A stretch of DNA of 62,855 nt. Source: Craspedostauros australis (taxonomy: Eukaryota). The translations under genes were made by a program, and so were the position numbers. Shown one piece after another: positions 46,700 through 58,010 of this stretch (position 1 is the stretch's first letter; each line of letters starts with the position of its first letter). Under the pieces are notes generated by a model. It saw only the letters and a list, made by a program, of their open reading frames with translations. It had not been told where the DNA came from and searched no databases. The stretch lies in contig JALAGF010001869.1 of the NCBI GenBank assembly GCA_030167865.1, positions 1 through 62,855 of the forward strand. The letters run 5' to 3'.

Positions 46700-49597
46700 C
46701 TATTCGAAAAGGAGGTCGTCCATCGAGTCTCCACTGGCGGCTGTGAGAGCCAATGCGAGTTCTCTCAAGGTGTTGGCCTCTTCTTCAGAGCTCACAACTG
46801 AGGATGTTGTGTCCAGATCCCCGTAAGAGGTAGACGTCCAGAACGTCTCTGTGGGATTCATGCCGCAGGCGACCATGTTGTCGCCCGTGACAAAGTCGTA
46901 GGAGAGATTCGATTCGATTGAGTTGGTGTTGTCGTCCTCGTCTTGGTCTTGTTCAGTGTCCTCACGTTCCTCCTCGCCGTCGCTCCCGAAGGTATCACAA
47001 GATCTGGAGTCGGCTGTGTCGAAGAGGGATTTCGTTGCGAAGATGTGGCCCTCTTGTGTCCGGGCATCCAGGCAGCTAGTTTCATCAAACGTTGTCCTCG
47101 ATTTTCCGACGGAACTACGAAGACAGGAGTTGCTCCTTGATTGAGAGAGGAAAAGTCTGTCACTTTGCGTTGCTTCGATGCCTCCGTAGCTGAAGACGCT
47201 TCCCTGTGTCATCAACTGTTCACTTGCCCCCCGGAGGAAATTGTCGTGCCACGAAGATGTGGATTGCGTCGGCGTCATGAGTGTGGGCTGGGTCTCCACC
47301 AATTCCACACCCTCGAACGTGTCCTGCGGGTCGGCGTCCACCGCGTCGTAGGCAGTAAAGGTGATCGTTTCCTCCTCCACGCTCTCAGATCCTGCCTTTG
47401 ATTTAAATGTGTATACGCCAGAGGATACTCGTTCCGAGAGCGCCAACGATGTCGACGATCGTGACGACACGAACGTTGACAGTGATGCTGACAACGATGC
47501 GGAAGAAGACGTTGACTGTCTTGAGCTGCGCAAGGCGCTGTAGTCGACGCTCTCCTGGATCGATGCGGATCGCAAGATGGAAAGCCTCGACGCGTCCTCC
47601 TGTGATGGTGCTGCCGCAAGGGGGGCTGCATCCAGTTTACGGGGTTGGCAGGTTGTGACATTGTTGACGCCTGCGTGCCTTGTTGGCGCGATGGCAGGAA
47701 CGGTTGAATTTTGGGTCGGTGCGTGCTTGTTTGTCTTGCTCTTGGTCCTCTTCGACCTGGGCTTGCGGAGGCTAGAGATCATGCTCTTGAGCTTCGTTTG
47801 CTTGCCGAACAGTCGCTTGTACCATTTCTTCTTTTTCTTGTTCGTCTTGGGATTGAGGTTGGAAGCACTTTCGCGTTCAGTTGGTGATGCTGCCAAAGAT
47901 CCGGCCCAGAAAACAGGGGCAATTTCTTCCTTTAGGGCGCGTTTGCCATCCTCGTTGTCGAGGATGATCTCAACATCTTCCTTGGCGTCTGTGTCTGTGT
48001 TTGCGTCTGCATTTGAGTTGTTCTCGCTCTTCGCCCGTGGGATGTCCGTGTTGGAAGTTTGGTTTGGTGTCACAGCTTCGAACGAAATCGTCTCGGTGGT
48101 TGGCTCATCTACCGACGGCCTGGACAGAAGAAGCTGGTCGTCATCCTCGTCATCAAACTCATCGAGGGCTGCTGGAAGCAACGTGCTGGCATGTGTTCCA
48201 TCGTCCGTGTTGGCCGCGACGCGTACGCCTCTGTGGTTGACGACACTGACAGGAGGGTTGAATTTGGCATCGTCGGTGCTGGGTGCGAAGGAGAGCCAAC
48301 TCTTGAGCTGTGACATCAGGGTGTTGTCGGAGGCGGTGCTGTCGATGTCGTCCTCGGACACCTGGCTGGCGGCGATGCTAGAGCCTGCGGAACTGAGGGT
48401 GTGCAATAGCCTGGTGACCCTGAAGACGCCGTCCTTGTCGTGAAATTCCTCGGTGCTACAGGTGGATTCGGAATCGAACGATTCGATATCAACGGAGTAA
48501 GCTGCGTTGGGGTTAGCCACAGATTCGGCATCGTTCTGGTTCCCCGCATGGCTGGCGCGTGCACAGCTGCCACCTGCGAAGGGGATGTCACGACCCAGTC
48601 CGATGGTGGCTTTGCCCGAAGGCTTCGGGTGGCTAATCGCCTCATCGTCGCCATTGTCATTGCTGTCGTTGCCGGCGGCGGGTGCTGTGTTAGGTCGTGT
48701 GGGCAAGCTTGCCGGTCCAACGTGAAAACCACTATTGCGGGCACTGACCTCCGCGAAGCTTTCGGCCGGAGCCGGAACATCACGTTGATCCGGAGAGGGG
48801 ACGGATCTTGCAAATGTGTTCGTTTGTTGCCTGGTGAAGCCCTGGCCGATGAGGCTGCTGTTGTCACGGGCGAATGCCTCCTGTGTGGCCCATGCGGGGG
48901 CGTAGGTGTCCTGGCGGACCGAGTTCTCGTCGCGGGTGTCAGTGGTATTGATCAGAGATATGCTGTTGTATGTGTCACCGACGGAGAACCCGGTGCGGAT
49001 CAGGTTGTGGTCGCTCTCGAATGCTCTGCCCGTGTCAGATTCGGTGGTGCAGAGAGACAGCGACGACAGCGCTTTGTGCTTTCGAAGTCGTCTGGTGGTC
49101 TTCTCACGCTGGACACGTGCCAGGATGGTCTCCGTACCCTCGCCGTCCGTCGCCTCTGGTTGAGTATTGGTGTTGCTGCTCTCTCTGCAGCGGTTGTGGG
49201 CGAGGACGTCGGGAATCACTTTCTGCTTCAGCTCAAACTCGGACAAGCCGCTGATTGGCAACAGCGCCATGTCTTCGTCGATGTGCCGCAGATCACCCTC
49301 GCCGATCGAGGGTACAGGCTCCCCCTGTCGCGGCGCCCTGATCACTGCATTGCTCGGTGTTCTTTCCGTGGCGGAAGCAGAAGTCGCTGTGTAGTTGCTG
49401 CGAACGTCACCTTCGTCGCCTTCGTCTCTTGTGGATTGTTCGAGTATGGACTCTTCGCCTTCACGGTCCCAGGTTGAGCCGTGGCTCGGCATACCTTCCT
49501 TCGTTGCGAACGTGAGAAGTGACTCACCCAATGTTGCTCTCATCGGCAAGCTCGCCCCGTGCGGGACGGTGTCCTCATCGGGCATGGACAGCACCAT
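46700..49597 (-). CDS. hypothetical large disordered acidic S/T-rich protein
   Basis: Long intronless ORF, first ATG at 49597 (aaaATGG). No known domain seen. Confidence 0.75.
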   Translation of the reverse strand: MVLSMPDEDTVPHGASLPMRATLGESLLTFATKEGMPSHGSTWDREGEESILEQSTRDEGDEGDVRSNYTATSASATERTPSNAVIRAPRQGEPVPSIGEGDLRHIDEDMALLPISGLSEFELKQKVIPDVLAHNRCRESSNTNTQPEATDGEGTETILARVQREKTTRRLRKHKALSSLSLCTTESDTGRAFESDHNLIRTGFSVGDTYNSISLINTTDTRDENSVRQDTYAPAWATQEAFARDNSSLIGQGFTRQQTNTFARSVPSPDQRDVPAPAESFAEVSARNSGFHVGPASLPTRPNTAPAAGNDSNDNGDDEAISHPKPSGKATIGLGRDIPFAGGSCARASHAGNQNDAESVANPNAAYSVDIESFDSESTCSTEEFHDKDGVFRVTRLLHTLSSAGSSIAASQVSEDDIDSTASDNTLMSQLKSWLSFAPSTDDAKFNPPVSVVNHRGVRVAANTDDGTHASTLLPAALDEFDDEDDDQLLLSRPSVDEPTTETISFEAVTPNQTSNTDIPRAKSENNSNADANTDTDAKEDVEIILDNEDGKRALKEEIAPVFWAGSLAASPTERESASNLNPKTNKKKKKWYKRLFGKQTKLKSMISSLRKPRSKRTKSKTNKHAPTQNSTVPAIAPTRHAGVNNVTTCQPRKLDAAPLAAAPSQEDASRLSILRSASIQESVDYSALRSSRQSTSSSASLSASLSTFVSSRSSTSLALSERVSSGVYTFKSKAGSESVEEETITFTAYDAVDADPQDTFEGVELVETQPTLMTPTQSTSSWHDNFLRGASEQLMTQGSVFSYGGIEATQSDRLFLSQSRSNSCLRSSVGKSRTTFDETSCLDARTQEGHIFATKSLFDTADSRSCDTFGSDGEEEREDTEQDQDEDDNTNSIESNLSYDFVTGDNMVACGMNPTETFWTSTSYGDLDTTSSVVSSEEEANTLRELALALTAASGDSMDDLLFE

Positions 49598-50354
49598 TTT
49601 GGACGTTTCAAGGTCGCCTCTGGTATGTCTTGTGGGACAGCGGTCCTGATGATCAGTTTGCCTCGCCTTGCCTTGGTTTGCGCGTACGTGAACCTCTCTC
49701 TCTCTCTCTCCACGCTGAATGGCTTTGAACAATTGAAGTTGTCTTTGTTTGCGAGGCCGTAAAAGATGATAGCGTGATGTCCGTTGGGAAAGGGGTGGGA
49801 GGAGTACGGTGAGTATGTTGTGATACAACAGGACTGTGGCTGCGATTGTGAGGAGAGAAGCTCTTGTCGACCTGACTGTGTGTGCGGCGGGTTCTCGTTG
49901 TTGGTGGTTGATCTCCGCTTGTGCTCCACTCGTGCTCGAGTATGCAGAGTAGAACAGAGTCGTTGAGGATTGAAAAGTAACTCCGTTTGAGATGAGATCG
50001 GAGTTGAGGACTCTCTCTGAAGAGTCGTTGTGGTAGTACGGCAAATGCTTCAGCGCCAACCTGCTCGACTCTGCTCACCCTGATCTGTTTCGAAAGTTAA
50101 ATGATGTCAAGAACTGCAGCACGGATGGAGAGAATCCCAGGTTCTTCCGTTGGCAGGCGCGGTTTCGTTTCCGTTCCGAAGAGTTGCAGGTGTAGGAGTC
50201 GATTTGGAGTTTGAATGGATGTTGACGGAGCGAAGTCGGATGCGTTCGTACGATTGTGTACAAGTGTGTACGTTGTGTACGAATGCGCTGATCTGGTCTT
50301 GCTTGATCGTTGTATCGATCTTACCCGGACAACAACAGTGCACATACGACCCTA

Positions 50355-50403
50355 TCCAGAGCCAGAGCCAGAGCCAGAGCCAGAGAGAAAGAGAGAGAGA
50401 GAG
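50355..50403. repeat. (CCAGAG)n followed by (AG)n microsatellite
   Basis: Directly visible. Confidence 0.85.
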
Positions 50404-51137
50404 CGAGCACGCACATGTGATCATCGGAGATGCAAGCAACATCCAGCACCAACAAGGCGACCACAATTCAGAGATTCCACTCCGCTCCACTCCATTCCAT
50501 TCCATCCATCACCAAACCTCAACCGACAACATCTTGCGACATCTGACTTGAGCGGCCCCAGTCAAAGCACAATACCTGCGTCCGTTCAGTACAAACAGAT
50601 ATGCAAATGTCATCGTCAATGGACGTTCAACCGACAGCGGAGTACACCATGGCGCACCTCGTTTCTCCAAATCTCCGAGCGGGGTCGTTGTTTGCGATTC
50701 GTTGTTGTTGCGCCAATTTTGTGACGTCATTTGGCGCCATCTTTTCGCGGGATTGCGTTACTCATGGATGCTCTTGTTCCACTCACGATCGACCGTGTCC
50801 ATTTAATCACGATTGCCAAGTGCGCAGTTTCATCTTATCGTGTTGCGTTTCAACTCATCATCTGCAGCTGTTCTATTGAAGTGCTCCATTCCACATCAAG
50901 TTACTATTATTACATTGCACGAGGCATGAAGTTCTACCATACAATTTCGCTTTGCTTTACTGCATTACACCACTTGGCGTTGCAATTATCTCCATCCTTC
51001 TCTTTTGGCGTGGCATCAATGACAGGTTACAGCACATCACCAGTGACCAACCACCAACAAGTGTGGGTGTATCCGTATCCGTATCTGCATCTTCAGGTGT
51101 ACCGTCGGTCCAGTTTCAGTTCCTCATCAGTTGCTCC

Positions 51138-54100
51138 TCATCCACTACTCTTCTCCTTGCCTTGTTGTGCGACACCGCCACCGCCACCGCCACCGCCACG
51201 GGCACTGGCCATGGCCGATGTCACGCCGTTCCATTGATTTTGGATGCTCTGCTCCACCAGCGTCATCATGCCCACGGTCTTGCTGTCGTCATCCGTCTCG
51301 TACGTGTTGAGGCTGTATCCGTCCGTGTACGTGTACGAGTTGGTGTTGGTCTGAGAGCCGTTCGTGAAGTCGATGGTGTTGTCAAGATCTCCATCTTGCG
51401 TGTAGGTGTACGAGTTGGTGTTGGTCTGAGAGCCGGTCGTGAAGCTCTCGCCGTTCGTACCGACATCGGAGGACGTCAGATTCCCGCTGAGGTTGAGGAA
51501 ACTCTTCTCGCCTTCCTCATCCATCGTCGTGACGGCGTCCACGATCTCGCTCATCACGTTAGTTTCGCTGCGCCATGTGTTCGATTTGGATGATGAGGAT
51601 CTCGATGATTTGGATACAGATGTCGATGTCGATGTAGACGTCGAGGTTGATGGTGCTGATGGTGTCACTGTGCCTCGTTGAGTGGAAGTTGGTATCCCGG
51701 ACTGCGATACACCCATCATTGTCAATTCCTTCCCTGCTGACGAGGCAGCGCGGGACTGTTGCAAAGTCACAGAGGAAGCTCGGTGCCTTGCGGTGTCGCT
51801 TCCAGTCGCGTTCGCATTGGTATTCGTCTCGTTGCCACTGACGCTTGCATGGGATCCTCCATGCTGCTCCTGCTGCTGGCTTGGCGCAAGGGAATGTCCC
51901 CCCGTGACACTGCCATTGGTATCAGTTTGCGTACCAGCATCAGCATCAGCTCGGGCTTTCGCTGCACGCCGTGCCTCCTCTTCTGCCTCCATTTCCATGA
52001 GCGTGGGTGAAGTGACGGATGATGTCATGCTGTCCTGATGCTCCATGCTGGAATCTGACGATGTCACTGCCGAGGAAAGGTGATGGCTGTTCGAGACAGA
52101 GGACATGCTGGCGTCTGCCAGATTGGGTGGAAGCATGACGGGTGTGCCACAGAGTGAATCATCTTCGATTTCATGCGCGTCAGTTTCATGATCATCGGCC
52201 TCATCGTCATGGCATTGCGCGTCGTCTACGTGCGTGTCCAAGTTGATGTTGGCATCAGCGGTGTTACGCTGGCTGTTCTCAGCGCTCGCAATCTCACTCC
52301 CCTTCTCAACGTTCACGTCAGCACGAGGCGACGCATCACCATCATCATCATCATCATCATCATGTGGTGGAGTGCCCGCAAGGCTCACAACCTCGGCGCT
52401 TTCGTTTGTGACTGAGACGCTCACGTCAGTCTCCCCCTTGCCTTGGACGCTGGCGGATCTGATGATACTCACGGAACCGGCGTCCGTGTGGCCGAGGCTG
52501 CCAGAAGGTGGTCTGGTGATTCGTCTTACGTTGTCAAAGTCGGAGGTGAGCGACAGCGATGCTGAGTCTCTGCTCAGCTTGCTCAGGATGCTGCTGTTCT
52601 TGTGGATGGTGATGGATGGCTCCATGTCATGCTCGTTGGCATCGCAAGTACGTTCTGTGCTTCTGCTTCTTCGCCTGCTGCTGGTGCTGCCACTGATGCT
52701 ATTCCCTCCGTTGGAGCTGGCAGGTTTGTGCGTTGGAGGTAACGGCGGCGTGATGATGTTCTTTCCCCCCGCACTGAAATCGCGCGAGAGCTTCTGCGCG
52801 AGCCTGGAAGAGTTAGAACGCTGGCTTCCGCTATTGCTATTGCCTGCGCCACTCCGTGTTCCTGTGCCTTTGCTTGTGCGACTCTGGCTGCCGTGAACGC
52901 TGTGCGCTTGGGATGCGCCGTTGCTTAGATTAGAGCCAGCCGGCATCACCGCGCTGCGTTTCGATCCGCCTTCGGATTGATTGCCGTTGCTCACGCGACT
53001 GCTGGTTCGTGAGATGCCATTCTTCGATGATTCTGCAACGGAGCTATCCGTTGGAACCGCCTTGTCACCTGTCTCACTGCTCGTTCCGTCCTCAGCCACA
53101 GACCCCTTCGACGATGTTGTCGGTTTGACTGATGACGGCGTGATGGAGTTCCAGGATTGCAGGAGAGTGATGCTCCTGAAGGCCTCTGACTCATCCCCTT
53201 CAGTTTGATTCAACCGGAGCATGTGGTCGGAGTTGCTGATGTTGCCGTTGCTGTTCTGGCTGAAGCTTCGTGCGGCTCTGGCTTGGTCGTGTGCAGGTTC
53301 GTCAACACCACCGTCAGCACCATCGCCTTCGCCGTCAACGTCGTTGACACCGTCACCAAGTGTGGTTTCGTTCGGTGATTCAGTTACGGACCTTCTCTCG
53401 TCGTGTTGCTCTGCTGCCTGCTTCGCATGCTCTCCGTCAGCTGCCGTGTCTGCCGCCATGGACATGTTGCTGGCGAACGATGTGGCCGAATTGACCAGGC
53501 GCTCGTACCATTGTGGCTCTGGTTCGGCTTCTGTACCCTCCGAGCGGTTGGGCGTGGTGCTGCCTTGAACGGGTGCCTTGTCGATGGCGTCCTTCTTTGA
53601 GACAGTGGAAGACGCAATCGATGCATCCATCTGCAGGCTCCTTTGAGAACTCTTGGCACTGGAAGCCGACACGCTTGATGCAGCGGGCGACAGCGAGTGC
53701 ATGTTCGCCTTGGTGAAGGATGAGCGTGCTGCGAACGCAGGAGACGGAGGACGCGGTGGCAGGGATGATGGGGACAAGGTAGAGGCAATGGCAGCCTTGG
53801 TGTTTGGTGTCGAGTCTCCAGGAGGCTGTTGCAGTTGCAATGGTGCCGCCTTCGGTACGATGGCTGACTCAGATGGTGGTGACGCCGCATGTTGCTTCTT
53901 GTCGTTTGGCGCACCACTGGCATTGTCGATGGTGGCCAACAAGCCCGTTGATCTAAACACATCGGACACTTCGTCCTTGGCACCATCGTTGATGATCGCA
54001 GTGGAATCCTTGTGTTGCTGCTTTCCACCACCGCTTGCTTGCAACTTGCCACGTAGCTTGGCTGAATGCTTCGAAGATGGTGACGTTGGTGTCAGGGATG

Positions 54101-57100
54101 TGAATGTTGGCAATGGTTCAGCCGGTGATTTGGTGGATGCAGTACGGCTGGTGTCTGCCGGGATCGTTTCTGCAGTCTTCTTCGACTTCTTCTTGGGCCA
54201 GAATCTGAAGAGCTTCTTGCTTGTCTTCATCTTGCCCTTGAGTTGTACGGTTGGCCCGGATGATGACATGGACGATGGATCCGCCTGCGTGAATGACTTC
54301 TCAGCCGGTGGTGTTTCGGCTTCGGTGTGGGCATGTTGATTCTCGACGGCATCATCATGAGAAAAGGCAGCGACAGGTTCCGGTTGGACAGCAACGGAGG
54401 CATCCTCTGCTCCATCCGACGGTGGACTCTTCCTGTTGTTGTGGATGCCATCTGCGCCTGTATCTGCGTCTAGATTCGCATCGGCTGCCGATGCGATGCC
54501 ATCGATAACATCACCTTGTGGGTCTGCAGAATTGCTGGTAAGAAGAGTGGAAGCAACAGCACCTGTATCTGCCTCGTTGGTATTGGTTGGTGCAACAGAG
54601 GCGACGGCGGACCGCGAGTTTGCTGTTCTTGCTTGCGTCGCATCGATGGCGAGTGCCATCGCAACAGCGCCGTCGACTAGTGTTGTAGCAGCATACTTGG
54701 TCGTCTCCACGATGTCGCTGACAACCGTTTCGGTTCCATTTCCTTCCGAGGGGTAGACAGCGGTTTGGAAGCTTCCGCATTTGGTCAACGTAGGAGGCCT
54801 GGGCATGCAGTGTGTCCATGCTGTGGATGTCAGCGTCTTAGATGGCTGCGTCGTCCTGGTCACCACCGACGGCGCTTCTTGTGCAGTGCCGAACATCGAC
54901 ATCGAAACGTCGTTGCTGGTACCTGCTGCAGCAAGCGAACCTTCTTTGGTTTGTGTGCCTTCACCTTCATCTTTGCCGTCTCCGCGCGCGTTGTAGGCAT
55001 TGGCAGCACCGACAGCACCACCATCCGTGGCTTCTGTGTTCGTTGTCAAACCTGCGGTATTGGCGTTGTCGCCACCGTCCTTCATGTTGGCATTGTAGTT
55101 ATTTGTGGCTTTGTGGTCATCATCACCATCCTTCGACAGCTTCTTCCTGGAAGGAAACCACGATCGGCGTCGCCTGCTGGCGGACGGCGTCGTAGGCTTG
55201 CCCGTGTTGGACTTGGTTTGCTTGGATTGCTTCTGCTGGTTTCCATTTCCATTGCCACTACCAGAACTCAAGGTGTGGCCCTCGTCGCCTGCATCACTCC
55301 AGCCACGTGCCGATGGGCTGCCTGTCTTCGTTCTCGTATCCCGACCGTTGGTGACACTGTCCACAACTTCCGTTGTTGCCATGCTGGGAGACAACGGTGG
55401 ACGACGGCCGTTGTTCAAATTCGACGCATTCTTCTTCTGCTTCCTGCTTTGGGCACTTCTCCCAAACGCCGAACCGAAGAATCGTCTGCGCGGGGATCTG
55501 TTCTTGTCCTTCTTGCGCCATCTCCTTCGAGGTGATCCTTCATCCTGCTCGCTGTCTGTCACGGGGTGCGAAAGCTCAGTTGTTCCATCACGCCCGACAA
55601 GGAAGACCATCCCTCCTCCTCCCATCATGCCGGTCTCGACATTGTCGTCTTTGATTTGGTCATCGTTGCCTGAGTCTGTGCCACGCTCAGCATTTGGCGT
55701 TGCGTTGGCCAAGGTCACAGGGCCTTGGGGGACGGAAGATATGTTGGGCACGTGCTTGTTTGTGACACCCGCCGTTGCTGCGTCCATGTGGTTGTCGTAT
55801 TCGTTGTGGCTGGCGGCTTGAATTTGATCTTCGTCTTCGTCCTGCCCTTGGTACTCGTACTGAAGATGATTCGCATCATCTTGTGTGTGGTTGATCGCGA
55901 TGTTGCCGTTGTCATTGCCATTGGGCGGGGCTTCAGCCTGCGCGCCACCGGCAAGAAGAGTCGGTGCTGCGTTGATCGCATCAGCGATCCACTTCGTCCA
56001 CGCCGGAGACTCCATGCCGGCAAACGGAGATGATAGGACACTTTGGGTGGCATTCACGCTGCTCATGCCTGTGTCGATAGCAGGAGGTCTGGACGCAGAT
56101 GACCTGGGTGACGAGGCTGCCATTTGCCCGTGCCGCCCACTGGCGTCGAAGTCCGTGCTCGTGTCGGCAGAGCCTAGGTCGTTCATAAAGTTGAAGTAGC
56201 TTTCATCGTCTTGGTTCGCCTCATCTTCCTCATCGTTGGCAAAGAGGTGATCGAGACCGAAGGGGTTGGACACGCACGCCATCCACGATGGGCTCTGCTG
56301 CACCTGCGGGTTGTGTGGCTTTGCTGGTGCAGCCGCCGGCGCGAAGTCAGCACCGCACATCGTGGTGAAATCCTGCGCCTGGAAGTTGTACACACTGCCG
56401 GATGTGGCAGCAGCAGTGGATGCCGAGGCGGTTATCTCATCGCGGGCGCCTGATGCGCCGGTGACCGACGTCGATGCTGACAGCGACTGCTGATCGGATG
56501 AATCATCGCTGTCCGACTTGATGGAGTTCACTCCGTCGAAGGTTTCGGAGATTGGGCGAAGCGCCTTCTCGAGCTGCGGGGAACGCAGCGCCTGCGCCAT
56601 GCGCCCACCGGAACGCACCGCGAAGGGCTTGGCGAGTGGTCGCATCCTGCTCGTGCTGCCCAGACTGTTGAAGGACAGCGTTCTGTGCTTCCACGTCCCT
56701 CCCTCTCTCATGCTGTTGCTGGCATGGATAGTGGATGTCGTCGTGTTGCTGCTGCTGCTGGGGTTCAGCTTGAGCTCTGGCAGGCTGAACCCACTCGGTG
56801 TGGACTTTGTTCGGACAATCCCGGTGGAGCGTTCCGTGTGTTCGATCTGCTTCTTCGTTACAGAGTACTTCTTCGCCTTGCCTCCGCCGTGCTCGATGAA
56901 CACGACGCGGGAACCGGAGTCAACAACCTCAACGGCATCTTCCGAAAGCTGTGTGAGGAGTCGCTGCGGCGGGATGGTCGACAGCTTGTTCTTCTTGGCG
57001 TTGCCCTTCGCTTTCGCCGTCTTGACCTTCCTCGTTGCCTTGCCGCCACGCATACTTGCAAGCGCCTTTGCCGCGACGCCAACGCTCGTCCTACCGGAGC

Positions 57101-58010
57101 CTTGGTGCTTGGCTACCTGTTTTCTCGTTTGCTTGGTCGGCGAGGGTGCATTCTTGGGTGATGCAGTGATCTTCTGCGAGACGTTCTTTCCCTTCCTGGA
57201 GCCGAACATGCGATTCATGGAGACGGCCTTCCCGAGTTTCTTGGTCGGTTTCTTGCTCTGGGTCTGTCGCCCGCCTCGGCGTGAAATGGCACCGTTGGCC
57301 TCGTCGGCATTCACGTCGGTACCCAAGGAATCAGCCGATGACTTCTTACCACCGCCACTTCGTCTGGTTGATCGACGAGGACTGGCTCTGCCGTGCTTGT
57401 TCTTCGGAGTCGTTCTTTGACTAGGCATGTCTGTCGCATCATCCATTGACGGCTTGACCGTCAAGTGACTGTGGCCAGCGCCACGTGCACCGCTTCCGTT
57501 TGTTCCTTGTGCATTCCTTCGCTGAGTGGCTGGGGATGGCATCACCCCTGCATTCCTGATGCGGGCCGTTTCCATCGCGATGAAGGCTTCCGTCAGAAGA
57601 TGTGTCGGCACCTCATCACCATCTTGCAAGTGCTGCAGAGGATCGTAAACAGTTGTTGCTTCATCTCTCGCAGATGCGGCCCCCTCGCGTGGTTCTTCGT
57701 AATCGGCAGACTTGTCGAAGCGGAAGTCCCTCGGCTCCTCCTGAGCCCAAGACGACGTCTGATCACGTGACTCCTTGCGGGTTGAGGGAGATGCAACCGC
57801 TGCATTCTTGGATCCGACTTTGTCTTGGCTGCGCGCGTTGATAGTGGCATTGCCACGCTTGTCAGCCCTCCCGCCTTTGTTTTTGTTTGCGGTCCTCTTC
57901 GATTTCGCAGTTGCCATCTCGGCAGAACCACGCGTCTTCCTTGGCGATGACTGCCGGCTTCGGCCCTTGGTGTCGCGTTCGCTCGCTTTCGGTGACTTGC
58001 GGAACCTCAT
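51138..58010 (-). CDS. hypothetical giant (~2290 aa) disordered S/T/A-rich protein
   Basis: 6.9-kb uninterrupted ORF, first ATG at 58010 (MRFRKSPK). No known domain seen. Confidence 0.8.
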   Translation of the reverse strand: MRFRKSPKASERDTKGRSRQSSPRKTRGSAEMATAKSKRTANKNKGGRADKRGNATINARSQDKVGSKNAAVASPSTRKESRDQTSSWAQEEPRDFRFDKSADYEEPREGAASARDEATTVYDPLQHLQDGDEVPTHLLTEAFIAMETARIRNAGVMPSPATQRRNAQGTNGSGARGAGHSHLTVKPSMDDATDMPSQRTTPKNKHGRASPRRSTRRSGGGKKSSADSLGTDVNADEANGAISRRGGRQTQSKKPTKKLGKAVSMNRMFGSRKGKNVSQKITASPKNAPSPTKQTRKQVAKHQGSGRTSVGVAAKALASMRGGKATRKVKTAKAKGNAKKNKLSTIPPQRLLTQLSEDAVEVVDSGSRVVFIEHGGGKAKKYSVTKKQIEHTERSTGIVRTKSTPSGFSLPELKLNPSSSSNTTTSTIHASNSMREGGTWKHRTLSFNSLGSTSRMRPLAKPFAVRSGGRMAQALRSPQLEKALRPISETFDGVNSIKSDSDDSSDQQSLSASTSVTGASGARDEITASASTAAATSGSVYNFQAQDFTTMCGADFAPAAAPAKPHNPQVQQSPSWMACVSNPFGLDHLFANDEEDEANQDDESYFNFMNDLGSADTSTDFDASGRHGQMAASSPRSSASRPPAIDTGMSSVNATQSVLSSPFAGMESPAWTKWIADAINAAPTLLAGGAQAEAPPNGNDNGNIAINHTQDDANHLQYEYQGQDEDEDQIQAASHNEYDNHMDAATAGVTNKHVPNISSVPQGPVTLANATPNAERGTDSGNDDQIKDDNVETGMMGGGGMVFLVGRDGTTELSHPVTDSEQDEGSPRRRWRKKDKNRSPRRRFFGSAFGRSAQSRKQKKNASNLNNGRRPPLSPSMATTEVVDSVTNGRDTRTKTGSPSARGWSDAGDEGHTLSSGSGNGNGNQQKQSKQTKSNTGKPTTPSASRRRRSWFPSRKKLSKDGDDDHKATNNYNANMKDGGDNANTAGLTTNTEATDGGAVGAANAYNARGDGKDEGEGTQTKEGSLAAAGTSNDVSMSMFGTAQEAPSVVTRTTQPSKTLTSTAWTHCMPRPPTLTKCGSFQTAVYPSEGNGTETVVSDIVETTKYAATTLVDGAVAMALAIDATQARTANSRSAVASVAPTNTNEADTGAVASTLLTSNSADPQGDVIDGIASAADANLDADTGADGIHNNRKSPPSDGAEDASVAVQPEPVAAFSHDDAVENQHAHTEAETPPAEKSFTQADPSSMSSSGPTVQLKGKMKTSKKLFRFWPKKKSKKTAETIPADTSRTASTKSPAEPLPTFTSLTPTSPSSKHSAKLRGKLQASGGGKQQHKDSTAIINDGAKDEVSDVFRSTGLLATIDNASGAPNDKKQHAASPPSESAIVPKAAPLQLQQPPGDSTPNTKAAIASTLSPSSLPPRPPSPAFAARSSFTKANMHSLSPAASSVSASSAKSSQRSLQMDASIASSTVSKKDAIDKAPVQGSTTPNRSEGTEAEPEPQWYERLVNSATSFASNMSMAADTAADGEHAKQAAEQHDERRSVTESPNETTLGDGVNDVDGEGDGADGGVDEPAHDQARAARSFSQNSNGNISNSDHMLRLNQTEGDESEAFRSITLLQSWNSITPSSVKPTTSSKGSVAEDGTSSETGDKAVPTDSSVAESSKNGISRTSSRVSNGNQSEGGSKRSAVMPAGSNLSNGASQAHSVHGSQSRTSKGTGTRSGAGNSNSGSQRSNSSRLAQKLSRDFSAGGKNIITPPLPPTHKPASSNGGNSISGSTSSRRRSRSTERTCDANEHDMEPSITIHKNSSILSKLSRDSASLSLTSDFDNVRRITRPPSGSLGHTDAGSVSIIRSASVQGKGETDVSVSVTNESAEVVSLAGTPPHDDDDDDDGDASPRADVNVEKGSEIASAENSQRNTADANINLDTHVDDAQCHDDEADDHETDAHEIEDDSLCGTPVMLPPNLADASMSSVSNSHHLSSAVTSSDSSMEHQDSMTSSVTSPTLMEMEAEEEARRAAKARADADAGTQTDTNGSVTGGHSLAPSQQQEQHGGSHASVSGNETNTNANATGSDTARHRASSVTLQQSRAASSAGKELTMMGVSQSGIPTSTQRGTVTPSAPSTSTSTSTSTSVSKSSRSSSSKSNTWRSETNVMSEIVDAVTTMDEEGEKSFLNLSGNLTSSDVGTNGESFTTGSQTNTNSYTYTQDGDLDNTIDFTNGSQTNTNSYTYTDGYSLNTYETDDDSKTVGMMTLVEQSIQNQWNGVTSAMASARGGGGGGGGVAQQGKEKSSG
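51324..51444. repeat. 46-bp imperfect direct repeat, period 75 bp, in frame within the giant ORF
   Basis: Copies at 51324-51369 and 51399-51444 encode FT(T/N)GSQTNTNSYTYT twice. Confidence 0.85.

Noticed and set aside
51324-51444. Repeat-spacer-repeat resembling a mini CRISPR array
   Set aside because: Only two copies, a 75-bp (25-codon) period and a location inside a long ORF, so it is a coding duplication.
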